Shown piece by piece: positions 28,165-49,069 of a stretch of DNA of 64,000 bases; positions within the stretch are counted from its first letter, which is position 1; the number at the start of each line of letters is the position of its first letter. The position numbers were made by a program, and so were the translations under genes. Below the pieces are notes generated by a model. The model was given only the letters and a program-made list of their open reading frames with translations. It did no database searches and was not told the DNA's origin. The DNA lies in NCBI RefSeq assembly GCF_009914755.1, contig NC_060925.1, one strand, 5' to 3'. The stretch is from the human T2T-CHM13v2.0 reference genome, Homo sapiens.

Positions 28165-29505
28165 AGAGAAAATTACTTAAACACAAAGAAAGACAATAAG
28201 AAAAGGATGGAAGAGAGAAGTCTCTAAACAACCAAAAAACAAGAAATGAAATGGGAGCACTAAGCCTTTATCAATAAAAACAATGAATATAATTTATCTC
28301 AATTCTGCAAGTGAAAGGCATAGGGTCTTTGAATGAGTAAAAACATAAAACCCTACTATATGCTGTTTTCCAGAAACTTAATTCACCTATACACATACAT
28401 GTAGATGGAAAGTGAAGGGGTAGAATAAGATATTCCATGCAACTGGAAACCAAAAACAGCAAGAGTAGCTGTACTTATATCAGGTAAAATAGATGCCAAA
28501 TCTCACAATGCACTCAGATAAAACAGAATACAAATCTGAGCTTGTAAAATAATAGACTACCCTTACACAAACTATGCCTAGAAAGAACATACATCAAAAT
28601 AATAGAAGCCAAAAATGACAAATCCACATGCAACATCATATTGAATGAAGAAACGTTGAAAGTATTCCTGCTAGGAACTACAAGCAGACAAAAATCCTCA
28701 CTTTATCCACTTGTAATCAACATAGGACTGAAAATTTTTGTCAGAGCAATCTGGTAAGCAAAAGGAATAAAGTATAATTAAATTGGAAAGAAGGAAGTGA
28801 AACTACCTGTGTTTGCCAATGATGTGATCATATGTGCTTAGAAAACTGGAAAGATTCCACCAAGACTCATAGATGCGATAAGTGAATTCACTTAAATCTC
28901 AGGTACAAAATCAATATGTACAAATAAGTACCACTGTTTGATACCAACAACAAGCAAGCTGAGAATCAATTCAAGAATTCCATCCCTTCACAATAGTTGC
29001 AAAACAACAACAAAAACAGTGACAATAACAAAAACAACCTAGGAATACACTTAACCATTAGGTAAAGGATCTCTATGAGATGAACTACAAGACACTGCTG
29101 AAAAAAATCATAGACAACAAAAAAGTAGAAAAACAGCCCATGCTCACGGATTGACAGACACAATATTGTGAAAATGACCACACTGCCCAAAGAAATCTAA
29201 AAACTGCAAACATCAAACATCAATCTAAAAACGTCAGTCTAAAAATTTCATACACCAAAATACAAACACCATTTTCACAAGATTAAAAAAAGAATCCTAA
29301 GATTCATATGGAGATGAAGAAGAGCCTGAAGAGCCAAAGCAATCCGAAGCAAAATGAACAAATATGGAGACATCACATTACCTGACTTCAATTTATACAG
29401 TAAGGCAATAGTAAGCAAAACTGCGTGGTGCCAGTATGAAGGTCGAGACATAGACCAATGGAATGGAATAGAGAACCCCGGAATAAAGCCGCATACTTAC
29501 AACCC
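28165..29505 (+). mobile_element. Old L1 ORF2 fragments
   Basis: A-rich L1 sequence; translation [38 protein letters not shown]. Confidence 0.85.
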
Positions 29506-29679
29506 AGCGGTAGGACTGCTGCTTCTCAGTTTGTGCTGAGTGATGCCCCTTGGGGATATGGGGCCAAAGTTACTGGATTTTTCCCCCAAGAAAACCAGAG
29601 AGTGAATTGTGATATCCTGTGTGATTTTTAGACTGACTATTGCCATAGTGCTTAGGTCGTCTCCAGGTGCCCAGAGACT

Positions 29680-30550
<871 letters not shown>

Positions 30551-30557
30551 TGGGTAT

Positions 30558-30897
<340 letters not shown>

Positions 30898-33800
30898 ACT
30901 TTAAGTTCTGGGATACATGTGCAGAACGTGCAGTTTTGTTACATACGTATACACATGCCATGGTGGTTTGCTGTACCCATCAACCCGTCATCTACATTAG
31001 GTATTTCTCCTAATGCTACCCCTCTCCTAGCCCTCCACACCCCGAGAGGCCCTGATGTGTAGTGTTCCCCTACCTGTGACCATGAGTTCTCATTGTTCAA
31101 CTCCCACTTATGTGGTGTTTTGGTTTACTGTTCCTGTGTTAGTTTGCTGAGAATAATGGTTTCTAGCTTCATCCATGTCCCTGCAAAGGAAATGAACTTA
31201 TTTTTTATGACTGCATAGTATTCCATGATGTATATGTGCCACATTTGCTTTATCCAGTCTATCATTGATGGGCATTTGGGTTGGTTCCAAGTCTTTGCTG
31301 TTGTGAATAGTGCTGCAATAAACATACTTGTGCATGTGTCTTTATAGTAGAAGGATTTATAATCCTTTGGATATATACCCAGTAATGAGATTGCTGGATC
31401 AAATGGTATTTCTGGTTCTAGATCCTTGAGGAATTGCCACACTGTCTTCCACAATGGTTGAACTAATTTACACTCCCACCAACAGTGTCAAAGCATTCCT
31501 ATTTCTCCACATCCTTTCCAGCATCTGTTGTTTCCTGACTTTTTAATGATCACCATTCTAACTGGCATGAGATGGTATCTCACTGTGGTTTTGATTTGCA
31601 TTAGAGAAATGCAAATCAAATGACCAGTGGTGATGAACATTTTTTCATATGTTTGTTGGCTGGATAAATGGTTTTTTTGGAGAGTTGTCTGTTAGTATCC
31701 TTCACCCACTTTTTGACAGGGTTGTTTGTTTTTTTCTTGTAAATTTGCTTAAGTTCCTTGTAGATTCTGGATATTAGCCATTTGTCTGATGGATAGATTG
31801 CAAAAAATTTTCCCATTCTATAGGTTGCCTGTTGACTCTGATGATAGTTTCTTTTGCTGTGCAAAAGCTCTTTATTTTAATTAGATCCCATTTGTCAATT
31901 TTGGCTTTTGTTGCCATTGGTTTTAGTGTTTTAGCCATGAAGTCTTTGCCCATGCCTATGTCCTGAATGGTATCACCTAGGTTTTCTTCTAGGGTTTTTA
32001 TGGCTTTAGGTCTTACATTTAAGTCTTTAATCCATCTTGAGTTAATTTTTGCATAAGGTGAAAGGAAGGGGTTCATTTGCAGTTTTCTGCATATGGCTAG
32101 CCAGTTTTCCCAACACCGTTTATTAAATAGGGAATCCTTTCCCCATTGGCTGTTTTTGTCAGGTTTGTCAAGGATCAGATGGTTGTAGATGTGTGGCATT
32201 ATTTCTGAGTCCTCTGTTCTGTTCCATTGGTCTACATATCTGTTTTGATAACTGTACCATGTTGTTTTGGTTACTGTAGCCTTGTCGTATAGTTTGAAGT
32301 CAGGTAGCGTGATGCCTCCAGCTTTGTTCTTTTTGCTTAGGATTGTGTTGTGTATACAGGTTCTTTTTTGCTTCCATATGAAGTTTTAAGTAGTTTTTTC
32401 TAATTCTGTGAAGAAACTCCATTACAGCTTGATGGGGATAGCATTGGATCTATAAATCACTTTGGGCAGTATGGCCATTTTCATGATATTGATTCTTCAG
32501 ACCCATGAGCGTGGAATGTTTTTCCATGTGTTAGTGTCCTCTCTTATTTCCTTAAGCAGTGGTTTGTAGTTCTCCTTGAAGAGGTCCTTCACATCCCTTG
32601 TAAGTTGTATTCCTATGTATTTTATTTTCTTTTAGCAATTGTGAATGGGAGTTCACTCATGATTGGCTCTCCGTTTGTCTATTGTTGATGTATAGGAATG
32701 ATTTTGATTTTTGCACATTGATTTTGTATCCTGAGACTTTGTTGAAGTTGCTTATCAGCTTTAGGAGATGTTGGGCTGAGATGATGGGGTTTTCTAAATA
32801 TACAATCATGTCATCTGCAAACAGAGACAATTTGACTTCCTCTCTTCCTATTTGAATACTCTTTATTTCTTTCTCTTGCCTGATTGCCCTGGCCAGAACT
32901 TCCAATACTATGTTGAATAGGAGTGGTGAGAGGGGGCATCCATGCATTGTGCTGGTTTTCAGAGGGAATGCTTCTAGCTTTTGCCCATTCAGTATGATAT
33001 TGGCTGTGGTTTTGTCATAAATGGCTCTTATTATTTTTACATACGTTCCATCAATACCTAGTTTATCTAGAGTTTTTAGCCTGAAAGGGTGTTGAATTTT
33101 ATCGAAGGCCATTTCTGCACATATTGAAACAATCATGTGGTTTTTGTCATTGGTTCTGTTTATGTGATGGATTACGTTTATTGATTTGCGTAAGTGGAAC
33201 CAGCCTTGCGGATCAGGGATGAAGCCGACTTGATATTGGTGGATAAGCTTTTTGACGTGCTGCTGGATTCGGTTTGCCAGTATTTTATTGAGGATTTTTG
33301 CATCGATGTTAATCAGGGATATTGGTCTCAAATTCTCTTTTTTTGTTGTGTCTCTGCGAGGCTTTGGTGTCAGGATGATGCTGGCCTCATAAAATGAGTT
33401 AGGGAGGATTCCCTCTTTTTCTATTAAGTGGAATAGTTTCAGAAGGAATGGTACCAGCTCCTCCTTGTACCTCTGATAGAATTCGACTGTGAATCCATCT
33501 GGTCCTGGACTTTTTTTGGTTGGTAAGCTATTAATTATTGCCTCAATTTCAGAGCCTGTTATTGGTCTATTCAGAGATTCACCTTCTTCCTGGTTTATTC
33601 TGGGGAGGGTGTATGTGTTGAGGAATTTATCCATTTCTTCTAGATTTTCTAGTTTATTTGCATAGAGTTGTTTATAGTATTCTCTGATGGTAGTTTGTCT
33701 TTCTGTGGGATCCGTGGTGATATGCCCTTTATCATTTTTTATTGCATCTATTTGATTCTTCTATCTTTTCTTCTTTATTAGTCTTGCTAGCAGTCTATCA

Positions 33801-36800
33801 ATTTTGTTGATCTTTTCAAAAAACCAGCTCCTGGATTCATTGATTTTTTGAAGGGGTTTTTGTGTCTCTATTTCCTTTGGGTCTGCTCTGATCTTAGCTA
33901 TTTCTTGCTTTCTGCTGGCTTTTGAATGTGTTTGCTCTTGCTTCTCTAGTTCTTTTAATTGTGATGTTAGGTTGTCAATTTTAGATCTTTCCTGCTTTCT
34001 CTTGTGGGCATTTAGTGCTATAAATTTCCCTCTACACACTGCTTTGAATGTGTCCCAGAGATTCTGGTATGTTGTGTCTTTTTTCTCATTGGTTTCAAAG
34101 AATGTCTTTATTTCTGTCTTCATTTCATTATGTACCCAGTAGTCATTCAGGAGCAGGTTGTTCAATTTCCATGTAGTTGAGCGGTTTTGAGTGAGTTTCT
34201 TTTATCATTATTATTATGCTTTAAGTTTTAGGGTACATGTGAACAACGTGCAGGTTTGTTACATATGTATACGTGTGCCATGTTGGTGTGCTGCACACAT
34301 TAACTCGTCATTTAGCCTTAGGTATACCTCCTAATGCTATCCTATGCAGCCATAAAAAATGATGAGTTCATGTCCTTTGTAGGGACATGGATGAAGCTGG
34401 GAACCATCATTCTCAGCAAACTATCACAAGCACAAAAAACCAAACACTGCATGTTCTCGCTCATAGGTGGGAATTGAACAATGAGAACACATGGACACAG
34501 GAAAGGGAACATCACACACTGAGTGAGTTTCTTAATCCTGAGTTCTAGTTTGATTGCACTGTGGCCTGAGAGACAGTTTGTTATAATTTCTGTTCTCTTA
34601 CATTTGCTGAGGTGTGCTTTACTTCCAACTATGTGGTCAATTTTTGGAATAAGTGCAGTGTGGTGCTGAGAAGAATGTATATTCTGTTGATTTTGGATGG
34701 TGAGTTCTGTAGATGTCTATTAGGTCTGCTTGGCGCAGAGCTGAGTTCAATTCCTGTATATCCTTGTTAACTTTCTGTCTCATTGATGTGTCTAATGTTG
34801 ACAGTGGGGTGTTGAAGTCTCCCATTATTATTGTGTGGGAGTCTAAGTCTCTTTGTAGGTCTCTAAGGACTTGCTTTATGAATCTGGGTGCTCCTGTATT
34901 GGGTGCATCTATATTTAGGATAGTTAGCTCTTCTTGTTGAATGGATCCCTTTACCATGATGTAATGGCCTTCTTTGTCTCTTTTGATCTTTGTTGGTTTA
35001 AAGTCTGTTTTATCCGAGACTAGGATGGCAACTCCTGCCTTTTTGTGTTTTCCATTTGCTTGGAAGATCTTCCTCCATCCCTTTATTTTGAGCCAATGTG
35101 TGTCTCTGCATGTGAGATGGGTTTCCTGAATACAGCACACTGATGGGTCTTGACTCTTTATCCAATTTGCCAGTCTGTGTTTTTTAATTGGAGCATTTAG
35201 CCCATTTACATTTAAGGTTAATATTGTTATGTGTGAATTTGATCCTGTCATTATGATGTTAGCTGGTTATTTTGCTCTTTAGTTGATGCAGTTTCTTCCT
35301 AGTATCGATGGTCCTTCCAATTTGGCATGTTTTTGAAGTGGCTGGTACCAGTTGTTCCTTTCCATGTTTAGTGCTTCCTTCAGGAGCTCTTTTAGGGCAG
35401 GCCTGGTGGTGACAAAATCTCTCAGCATTTGCTTGTCTGTAAAGGAATTTATTTCTCCTTCACTTATGAAGCTTAGTTTGGTTGCATATGAAATTGTGGG
35501 TCGAAAATTCTTTTCTTAAGAATGTTGAATATAGGCCCCCACTCTCTTCTAGCTTGTAGAGTTTCTGCCGAGAGCTCCGCTGTCAGTCTGATGGGCTTCC
35601 CTTTGTGGGTAACCCGACCTTTCTCTCTGGTTGCCCTTAACATTTTTTCCTTCATTTCAACTTTGGCGAATCTGACAATTATGTGTCTTGGAGTCGCTCT
35701 TCTCAAGGAGTATCTTTGTGGCATTCTGTGTATTTCCTGAATTTGAATGTTTGCCTGCCTTGCTAGATTGGGGAAGTTCTGCTGGATAATATCCTGAAGA
35801 GTGTTTTCCAGCTTGGTTCCATTCTCCCCATCACTTTCAGGTACACCTGTCAGACATAGACTTGGTCTTTTCACATAGTCCCATATTTCTTGGAGGCTTT
35901 GTTCATTTCCTCTTATTCTTTTATCTCTGAACTTCTCTTCTCGCTTCATTTCATTCGTTTGATCTTCCCTCACTGATACCCTTTCTTCCAGTTGATGGAA
36001 TCAGCTACTGAGGCTTGTACATTTGTCATGTGGTTCTCGTGCCATGGTTTTCAGCTCCATCAGGTCCTTCAAGGACTTCTCTGCATTGGTTATTTTAGTT
36101 AGCCATTCATCTAATTTTTTTTCAATGTTTTTGACTTCTTTGCCATGGGTTCGAACTTCCTCTTTTAGCTCAGAGTAGTTTGATCATCTGAAGCCTTCAT
36201 CTCTCAACTCATCAAAGTCCTTCTCCCTCTAGCTTTGTTCCATTGCTGGTGAGGAGCTGCGTTCCTTTGGAGGAGGAGAGGAACTCTGATTTTTAGAGTT
36301 TCCCATTTTTCTGCTCTGTTTTTTCCCCATCTTTGTGGTTTTATCTACCTTTGGTCTTTGATGATGCTGATGTACAGACTGGGTTTTGGTGTGGATGTCC
36401 TTTCTGTTTGTTAGTTTTCCTTCTAACAGTCAGGACCCTCAGCTGCAGGTCTGTTGGAGTTTGCTGGAGGTCCACTCCAGAAGCTGTTTGCCTGGGTATC
36501 AGCAGCAGAGGCTGCAGAACAGTGGATATTGGTGAACAACAAATGTTGCTGCCCGATCATTCCTGTGGAAGTTTTGTCTCAGAGGAGTACCTGGCCATGT
36601 GAGGTGTCAGTCTGCGCCTGCTGGTGGGTGCCTCCCAGTTAGGCTACTTAGGGGTCACAGACCCACTTGAGGAGTCAGTCTGTCCATTCTCAGATCTCCA
36701 GCTGCGTGCTGGGAGAACCACTACTCTCTTCAAAGCTGTCAGACAGGGACATTTAAGTCTACAGAGGATTCTGCTGCCTTTTGTTTGGCAATGCCCTGCC

Positions 36801-37358
36801 CCCAGAAATGGAGTCTGCAGAGGCAGGCAGGCCTCCTTGAGCTGCAGTGGGCTCCACCCAGTTCCAGCTTCCTGGCTGCTTTGTTTACCTACTCAAGCCT
36901 CAACAGTGGCAGGCGCCCCTCCCCCAGCCTTGCTGCCACCTTGCAGTTTGATCTCAGACTGCTGTGCTAGCAATGAGTGAGGCTCCGTGGGCATAGGACC
37001 TTTTGAGCCAGACACGGGATATAATCTCCTGGTGTGCCATTTGCTAAGACCGTTGGAAAAGTGCAGTATTAGGGTGGGAGTGACCGGATTTTACAGGTGC
37101 CATCTTTCACCCCTTTCTTTGACTAGGAAAGGGAATTCCCTGACTCCTTGCACTTCCCAGGAGAGGCAATGCCTCACGCTGCTTTGGCTCATGCTCGGTG
37201 CACTGCACCCACTGTCCTACACCCACTTTCTGACACTCCCCAGTGAGAAGAACCTGGTACCTCAGTTGGAAATGCAGAAATCACCCGTCTTCTGCACCGC
37301 TCAGGCTGGGAGCTGTAGACTGGAGCTGTTCCTATTCGGCCATCTTGGCTCAACCCCC
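30898..37358 (-). mobile_element. Near full-length L1PA element (defective, probably chimeric)
   Basis: 5'UTR with YY1 site (ccaagatggccg ~37340); ORF1 ATG at 36330; ORF2 MTGSNSHITILT at 35251; EN and RT (FADD) fragments; 3'UTR; ORFs broken. Confidence 0.95.
34202..34519. mobile_element. Nested 5'-inverted (twin-primed) short L1 insertion
   Basis: Minus-strand L1 3' end 34202-34342 joined to a plus-strand L1 segment 34343-34519; TSD tgagtgagtttctt at 34188-34201 and 34520-34533. Confidence 0.92.
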
Positions 37359-37497
37359 TAGTTAATTTTTGTGTCTTTAATAGAGACAGGGTTTCATCAT
37401 ATTGGCCAGAGTCGTCTTGAACTCCTGACTGAAGTGATCCACCCACCTCAGTCTCTGCAAGTGCTGGGATTACAGATGTGAGCCACTGTGCCTGGTC
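37359..37497 (-). mobile_element. Alu left arm abutting the L1 5' end
   Basis: gttaatttttgtgtc..agagacagggtttcatcat...gagccactgtgcctgg. Confidence 0.85.
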
Positions 37498-37789
37498 AAT
37501 TGCTGGACGTTCATGATACACCTGGAGTATCCACAGTATCACAAGGGCCATTTTTTTCCATAATCCAATTTATTTATATTATTGGTAGTGAGCTAATGTT
37601 GATGTCCCCAAGGTAGCAATTTAGTGACTATACCCATGATAAACGTTTCCATGCATCACGTGGTCAACAGCATTTGCTACCAAGTGCCACGTTCCATGCT
37701 CAGCAGTGGGAACACAGGATGATGGAGACAAAGTTCCTGACCTTTAGCAGCAATATCGAACAAGTGAGATTGTCAAGAAAGAAGAAATC

Positions 37790-38455
37790 ATTGTAAAACA
37801 TACCATACCCCTACAATTCCGTAATCATGCTCCTGGATATTTAATGAAGTGAGTAAACCCACACCTGGATGTTTACAGCAACTTACTCATAATCGCCAAA
37901 ACTTGGAAGCTAGCAAGTTGCCCTTCGGTCAGTGACTGGATAAGCAAACTGATCCATCCAGTCAGTGAACTATTATAAAGCTGTAAAAAGACATGAAAAA
38001 TTCCTAAATGCACGTTATTGTACAAGTGAAAGAAGGCAATCTGAAAAGACTCATCCTGTTAGACATTCCAGAAAAAGCTTTTGCATTTTTCTAAGGAGAC
38101 AGTAGAAAGCCCAGTGGATGCAAGGGGTTGGGAGCACAATGGGATGAATGGGAAGAGGACAGAGGAATTTTAGGGAAAGAAAACTACTCTCCATGATGCT
38201 CTAATGGTGGATACATGTCATTATCCCTTTGTTAAAATCCATAGAATGTACAAAACCAGCAATGATCCCTCATGTGAACTATGGACATTGGGTGATAATG
38301 ATGTGTCCCTGTGGCTCATTGGTTGTGATGAATGCTCTGTGCTGGTGTGGGTGCTGATCCTGTGGGGGTGCTGTGTATTGAAGGGGGAAGAAGGTAGACG
38401 AGAACTCTGCAGTTTCTGCTTAGTTTTTCTGTGAATCTAAAACTGCTGTAAAGGA
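37790..38455 (+). mobile_element. Ancient L1M 3' fragment
   Basis: ccaaaacttggaag, ggatacatgtcattat, tgtgaactatggac..tgggtgataatgatgtgtc typical of L1MB/MC 3' ends. Confidence 0.7.
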
Positions 38456-38462
38456 AAAAATA

Positions 38463-40166
<1,704 letters not shown>

Positions 40167-41355
40167 TGAAAACACCATAAAATATAATCCTTGCAACACT
40201 CAATTATACCATCTGGTCGGATCTATCAGCAGATGGCACCCGAGACATACGGATTGGAAATTTTGATCTTATTATGAATGAATCCAGTCCAGAAATGCCC
40301 ACCCTGCCCCCTGCTGGCTCCTGGGGCTCTGCTCTTTGGGGGAATCATGATGAAATTGTGGCAGAGAGTAGAAGTTGAGCCCCATTGCATGCCCTGAGTT
40401 CTTGTTGCCTCTCTATTATCAGGAAAAGGAGGTGAGATTGAAAGATGAAAAATGCTGGGACTTCTGCTGAGAAGAGAAAAAAGAACAAGATGTATTGATC
40501 TTACTGTATGCCAGACCCCATGCCAAGCCCTAAACATGAACCATCTCATTGGATCCTACCAAGGTCCCATAAGCTGTTGGACATCATCATCCTCATTTTA
40601 CAGGAAGCTGAGGCTCTAGGCTAACATCCCTGACAGCAACACCAGCCCCTGAGTACTCAGCAGGATCCTTCACTTGGGTGCCCATTATGCAGAATTCCTC
40701 AGCACAGGGAAGGTCACTCATCACCCATAGGCCCTTGATCGTTATCCACCCTTTGATGCTGTCAGATTCCAGAACACGCTGCACTAGTACTAGTCTCTTC
40801 CTTCATAGGGAGAGAGGGGAGGTGTTATGAGAAAATCTCTCATCAATCTGACCCAGCTCCCCAAAAAGATGTAACTTTTAAAATGTCAGATGGAAATATT
40901 TAAAAAGTGTTACATGCCTGTATAGTTTTAGTATTTTACTTAAAGGGAATGTGGCTGTCTTTACTGGCTACAACCAGTTTAATTCAAGAAGGGCTGCTGG
41001 TCATCAGGAGAACAAGCAAGGGTTGATGCTGCCCAGAGTCTCCAGCTAATACACAATATGGACATACCCTTCCAGGGCAGTGGGAAGAGAGTGGCTCCTT
41101 GTGCAGTGAAGCTGACATCCACCAAATAAGGCTTCTGGAAGCATGTGGAGACTCACAGGGAGTGGGCAGGGTCTCAGCATCTGGCTAGCGGTGAAAGACC
41201 CTGAGAAGAAGGTGCTTTCCACGTGGATTGGCTCACTGTTCTTGCCCAGTAATGTTCCAGGCCTTTGGTGTCCACCTAGTGTGTATTAACCCACTGAACA
41301 GCCACAGAAACTAACAAGGAGTTAACAGACATCTAAAGAAGTGAAGAACTAGAGG

Positions 41356-41950
41356 AGGCCAACCCAAGCGTGGTGGTCCACGCCTATACTCCCTGCATTT
41401 TGGGAGGCCAAGGCAGGAGAATCACAAGCTCAGGAGTTCCAGATCAGCCTGGGGAAGACAGCGAGGCCTTGTCTCTACTAAAAGGAAGTATCCAGGTGTG
41501 GTGGCTCACACAGCTGTAGTCCTAGCTACTCAGGAGGCTGAGGTGGGAGGATCACTTGAACCCAGGAAATTTAGGTTGCAGTGAGGTATGATTGTGCCAC
41601 TGCACTGTAGCCTGAGTGACAGGAGACCTTTAAAAAACAAAAACAAAAAAAAGCCTGACACAGTGGCTCACACCTGTAACCCCAGCACTTTGGTAGGCCT
41701 ACTTGCTTGAATCACCCAAAGTCAGGAGTTTGAGACCAGCCTGACCAACATAGTGAGGAAACCCTGTCTCTACTAAACATACACAAATTAGCTGGGCATG
41801 GTGGTGCATGCTTGTAATCCCAGCTACTTGGGAGGCTGAGGCAGAAGAATCATTTAAACCCCAGGTGGAGGTTGCAGTCAGCTGAGATGGCACCATTGCA
41901 CTCTAAACTCCAGCCTGGGCAACAAGAGTGAAACTCTGTCTCCAATAAAA
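41356..41950 (+). mobile_element. Two tandem Alus
   Basis: 41356-41650 and 41652-41950. Confidence 0.9.
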
Positions 41951-42463
41951 GAATGGGAGGAAAGTGATTACAATAACCAAATTTCATTTAAATGCCTTGA
42001 TTTTCCTGGGCTGCATCTTATTGATTGGACAACTCAGTCAGTGCCTTTTGTTTTTTCCATCAATAACTGAAGATTCCTGAGGCTTAAACTGGAAAACAGG
42101 TTACTTAATAATAGAGGGCACCAGACAGATTCTGCTCAGTTTTCCTTTATTTCTGATTGTTTCTTTACAACCATCCATGCAAGAGTAACTCCCTCATGTA
42201 TTCTCAAGCCTGAATTCCACTCTAGACATTCAGATTCCCATTTTCGACTCTACAGGATACAGGTCCCCAAAGTCCCATCGAATCCATGGCAACATTTCCC
42301 CCAAGTCCTGCCCCTGCTTGATCAGCTTTCCTTTCCCACTTTCAGAGCCTATGTGTGAAATGATGGGTTCTGTGCTCCCTTTAGGATGTACCTAAGACCT
42401 AGGTTTTAGTTTCCAAGTGTCCAGAAGAAAGCGTTTGACATACCCATCCAAATAGGCAGGCAT

Positions 42464-46444
<3,981 letters not shown>

Positions 46445-46789
46445 TTACTCCAATTCTACTCTGTACTCAGTGGCCATTAAGCCAGCATTCTGCCTCTGCT
46501 GCATCAGCATGAGCGTCTCCGAAGCAGTGAGGAAGCAGGGTCACCACGAGCCCTTCCTTTCTATCCAGTGCTCCATCCAGTGACTAGTGAGTGTGGAGGA
46601 ACCTGAAAGTGAACCCCTCCTACCATTGGGGGAAATTACTGATTACTCAAGGTTCTAAAACAATGGGAATGGGAGTGTCACAAGCCTACATGCCCACATT
46701 TTCAGTTCCTACAAATAAGTTTGTTGGGAACATTCATGGGACATCCCTAGAACAGGTTCTATTTGTTTTCTTTTCATTATTTAAGCTTG

Positions 46790-47237
46790 CTTTCTCTTTC
46801 TCTCTCTTTCTTCTTTCCTTCTTTCCCTCTCTCCCTCCCTTCTTTCTTTCTTTCCCCCTCTCTCTCCCTTCTTTCTTTCTTGTCTTCTTTCCCTGCATCC
46901 CTTCTCTCATTCTCTCTCTCTTTCTCTCTCTCCCTCTCTCACTCTTTCTGACAGGGTCTTGCTCTGTCACCCAGCCTGGAGTGTAGTGGTGGGATCTCAG
47001 CTCAGTGCAGCCTTGACCTCCCAGCTCAAAGGATTCTTCCCCCTCAGCCTCCCAAGTAGCTGGGACCACAGTTATGCATCACCACACCCAGCTCATCTTT
47101 TATTTTTTGACTTTTTGTAAAGACAGTGGATTTCGCTATGTTGTCCAAGCTGGTCTTGAACTCCTAGTCTCAAGCAATCTACCCCTCTTGGCCTCCCAAC
47201 ATACTGGGATTATAGGTGTGAGCCTCTGCCCCAGCCT
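46790..47237 (-). mobile_element. AluJ-like element with a CT-rich expanded tail
   Basis: Alu 46948-47237 preceded by a low-complexity pyrimidine tract. Confidence 0.85.
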
Positions 47238-49069
47238 CGTTATTGAAAATTTCAGTGAGAAGCTTTGAAAGTTATGTGACACTGTTATGCATCATTCTCA
47301 AGATAGATGTTTCCAATGCACACCTCTTACACATATTCAATCTGAACCACTTTGGCTGGGTGCAGTGACTCACACCTGTAATCTGAGCATTTTGTGAGGC
47401 CGAGGCAGGTGGATCATCTGAGATCAGGAGTTCAAGACGAGCCTGGCCAACATGGTAAAACCCTGCCTCTACTAAGACAGCAAAAATTAGCCAGGTGCAG
47501 TGGTCTGCGCCTGTAGTCCAAGCTACTAGGGAGGCTGAGGTAGGAGGATCACTTGAACCCAGGAGGCAGAAGTTGCAGTGAGCTGACATTATACTACTCC
47601 ACTCCAGCCTGGGGAATAGGCTAGATTGAACTGAGAGACAGAGAGAGCTACATTTGACTAGACTTCTTAATCTCTATCCAGTTAATCCTTATTGGATTTT
47701 TGGCTTTCTTAAAGAATAACTGATCGAATTAGATATTAATCCATCAAAATGAAAGATTTCGGGATAGGGTGAAAGTCCAGGACTCATTCACCGATTCCCT
47801 TCACAAACATGGACTTCCACTAATATGTGTCCTTCAAAGTCCTGAGTGTGAGACAGGGAAGGGTTGAATCTCTTCCTGATATTAGACAGAAAGAAAGAAA
47901 ACTTGAAAGTATCTTTGTTGAGGGATCCTTGGCCACATCAAATTTATCAAAATATTTCAGAGTTAAAACAGTTTTCAAAGACAGAGATGACAGTCCCTAA
48001 GAAAACACAATAGAAATCTTCATGTATCCGATGATCACCTGGGTCATATAATTTTTTTTGGTGCTGAGGGAGCTGAGTCTCACTTCGTCGCCCAGGCTGG
48101 AGTGCAGTGGCACCATCTTGGCTCACTGTTACCTCCAAGATTGCCTCCAAGATTCAAGCAATTCGCATGCTTCAGCCTTCCACGTAGCTGGGACTACAGG
48201 CAGGCACCCCCCACAGCCATGTCTCCATTTGGGTGGAAGAGGATGTGATTGGTTTAAAATTAAGGTCAAAGATCCTTTTTGATTGATTTTGTTTTTGTTT
48301 TTGGACAGAGTGTCTCTCTTTTGCCCAGGCTGGAGTACAGCAGTGGTGTGAGCATGGCTCACTGCAGCCTCAATCTTCTGGACTCAAGTGATTCTCCCAC
48401 ACCAGCCACCCAAATAGCTGGGACTACAGATGCATGGTGACTCACAGCTGTAATCCCAGCACTTTGGGAGGCCAAGGCAGGTGGATCACTTGAGGTCAGG
48501 TGTTCGAGACCAACCTGGCCAGCGTGGTGAAACCCCACCTCTACTAAAAATACAAAAATTAGCCAGGCATGGTTTCAGATGTCTGTGACACCAGCTTCTG
48601 AGGATGGAGACTGAGGCATGAGAATTGCTTGAACCCAGGAGGTAAAGGTTGCAGGGAGTTGAGATCATGCCACTGCACTCCAGTCTGGGCAACACAGTGA
48701 GACTCCATCCCCACCCTCAAAAAAAACGTTGTGTAGAGGAGGGTTTTTGTCATGTTGCCCAGGTTGGTCTCAAACCCCTGGGCTGAAATGATCCTCCCAC
48801 TTTGGCCTCCCAAAGTGTTGGGGTTAAAGGCATGAGTCACTGCTCCCTTCAAGAATTTTAAAATGGCATCAACCAAAGCACAATCAACTTTTTTGAAATA
48901 AAGACAGAACTGCATTTAGAGGAAAACATTCAAAGCTTCAAATTGTTCATATATATATATAAAAAAGGACAGGATATAGCTCTCTGCCATCGTAGGCTGC
49001 ACTGTCACCATCCCAGACTGACTGACTCTAGGTCAGATGGGAGTGTCCTTACAGAAATTAGTGACTTAC

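Noticed and set aside
32657-35973. L1 ORF1/ORF2 as a potentially active retrotransposon
   Set aside because: Fragmented by stops, frameshifts and a nested insertion
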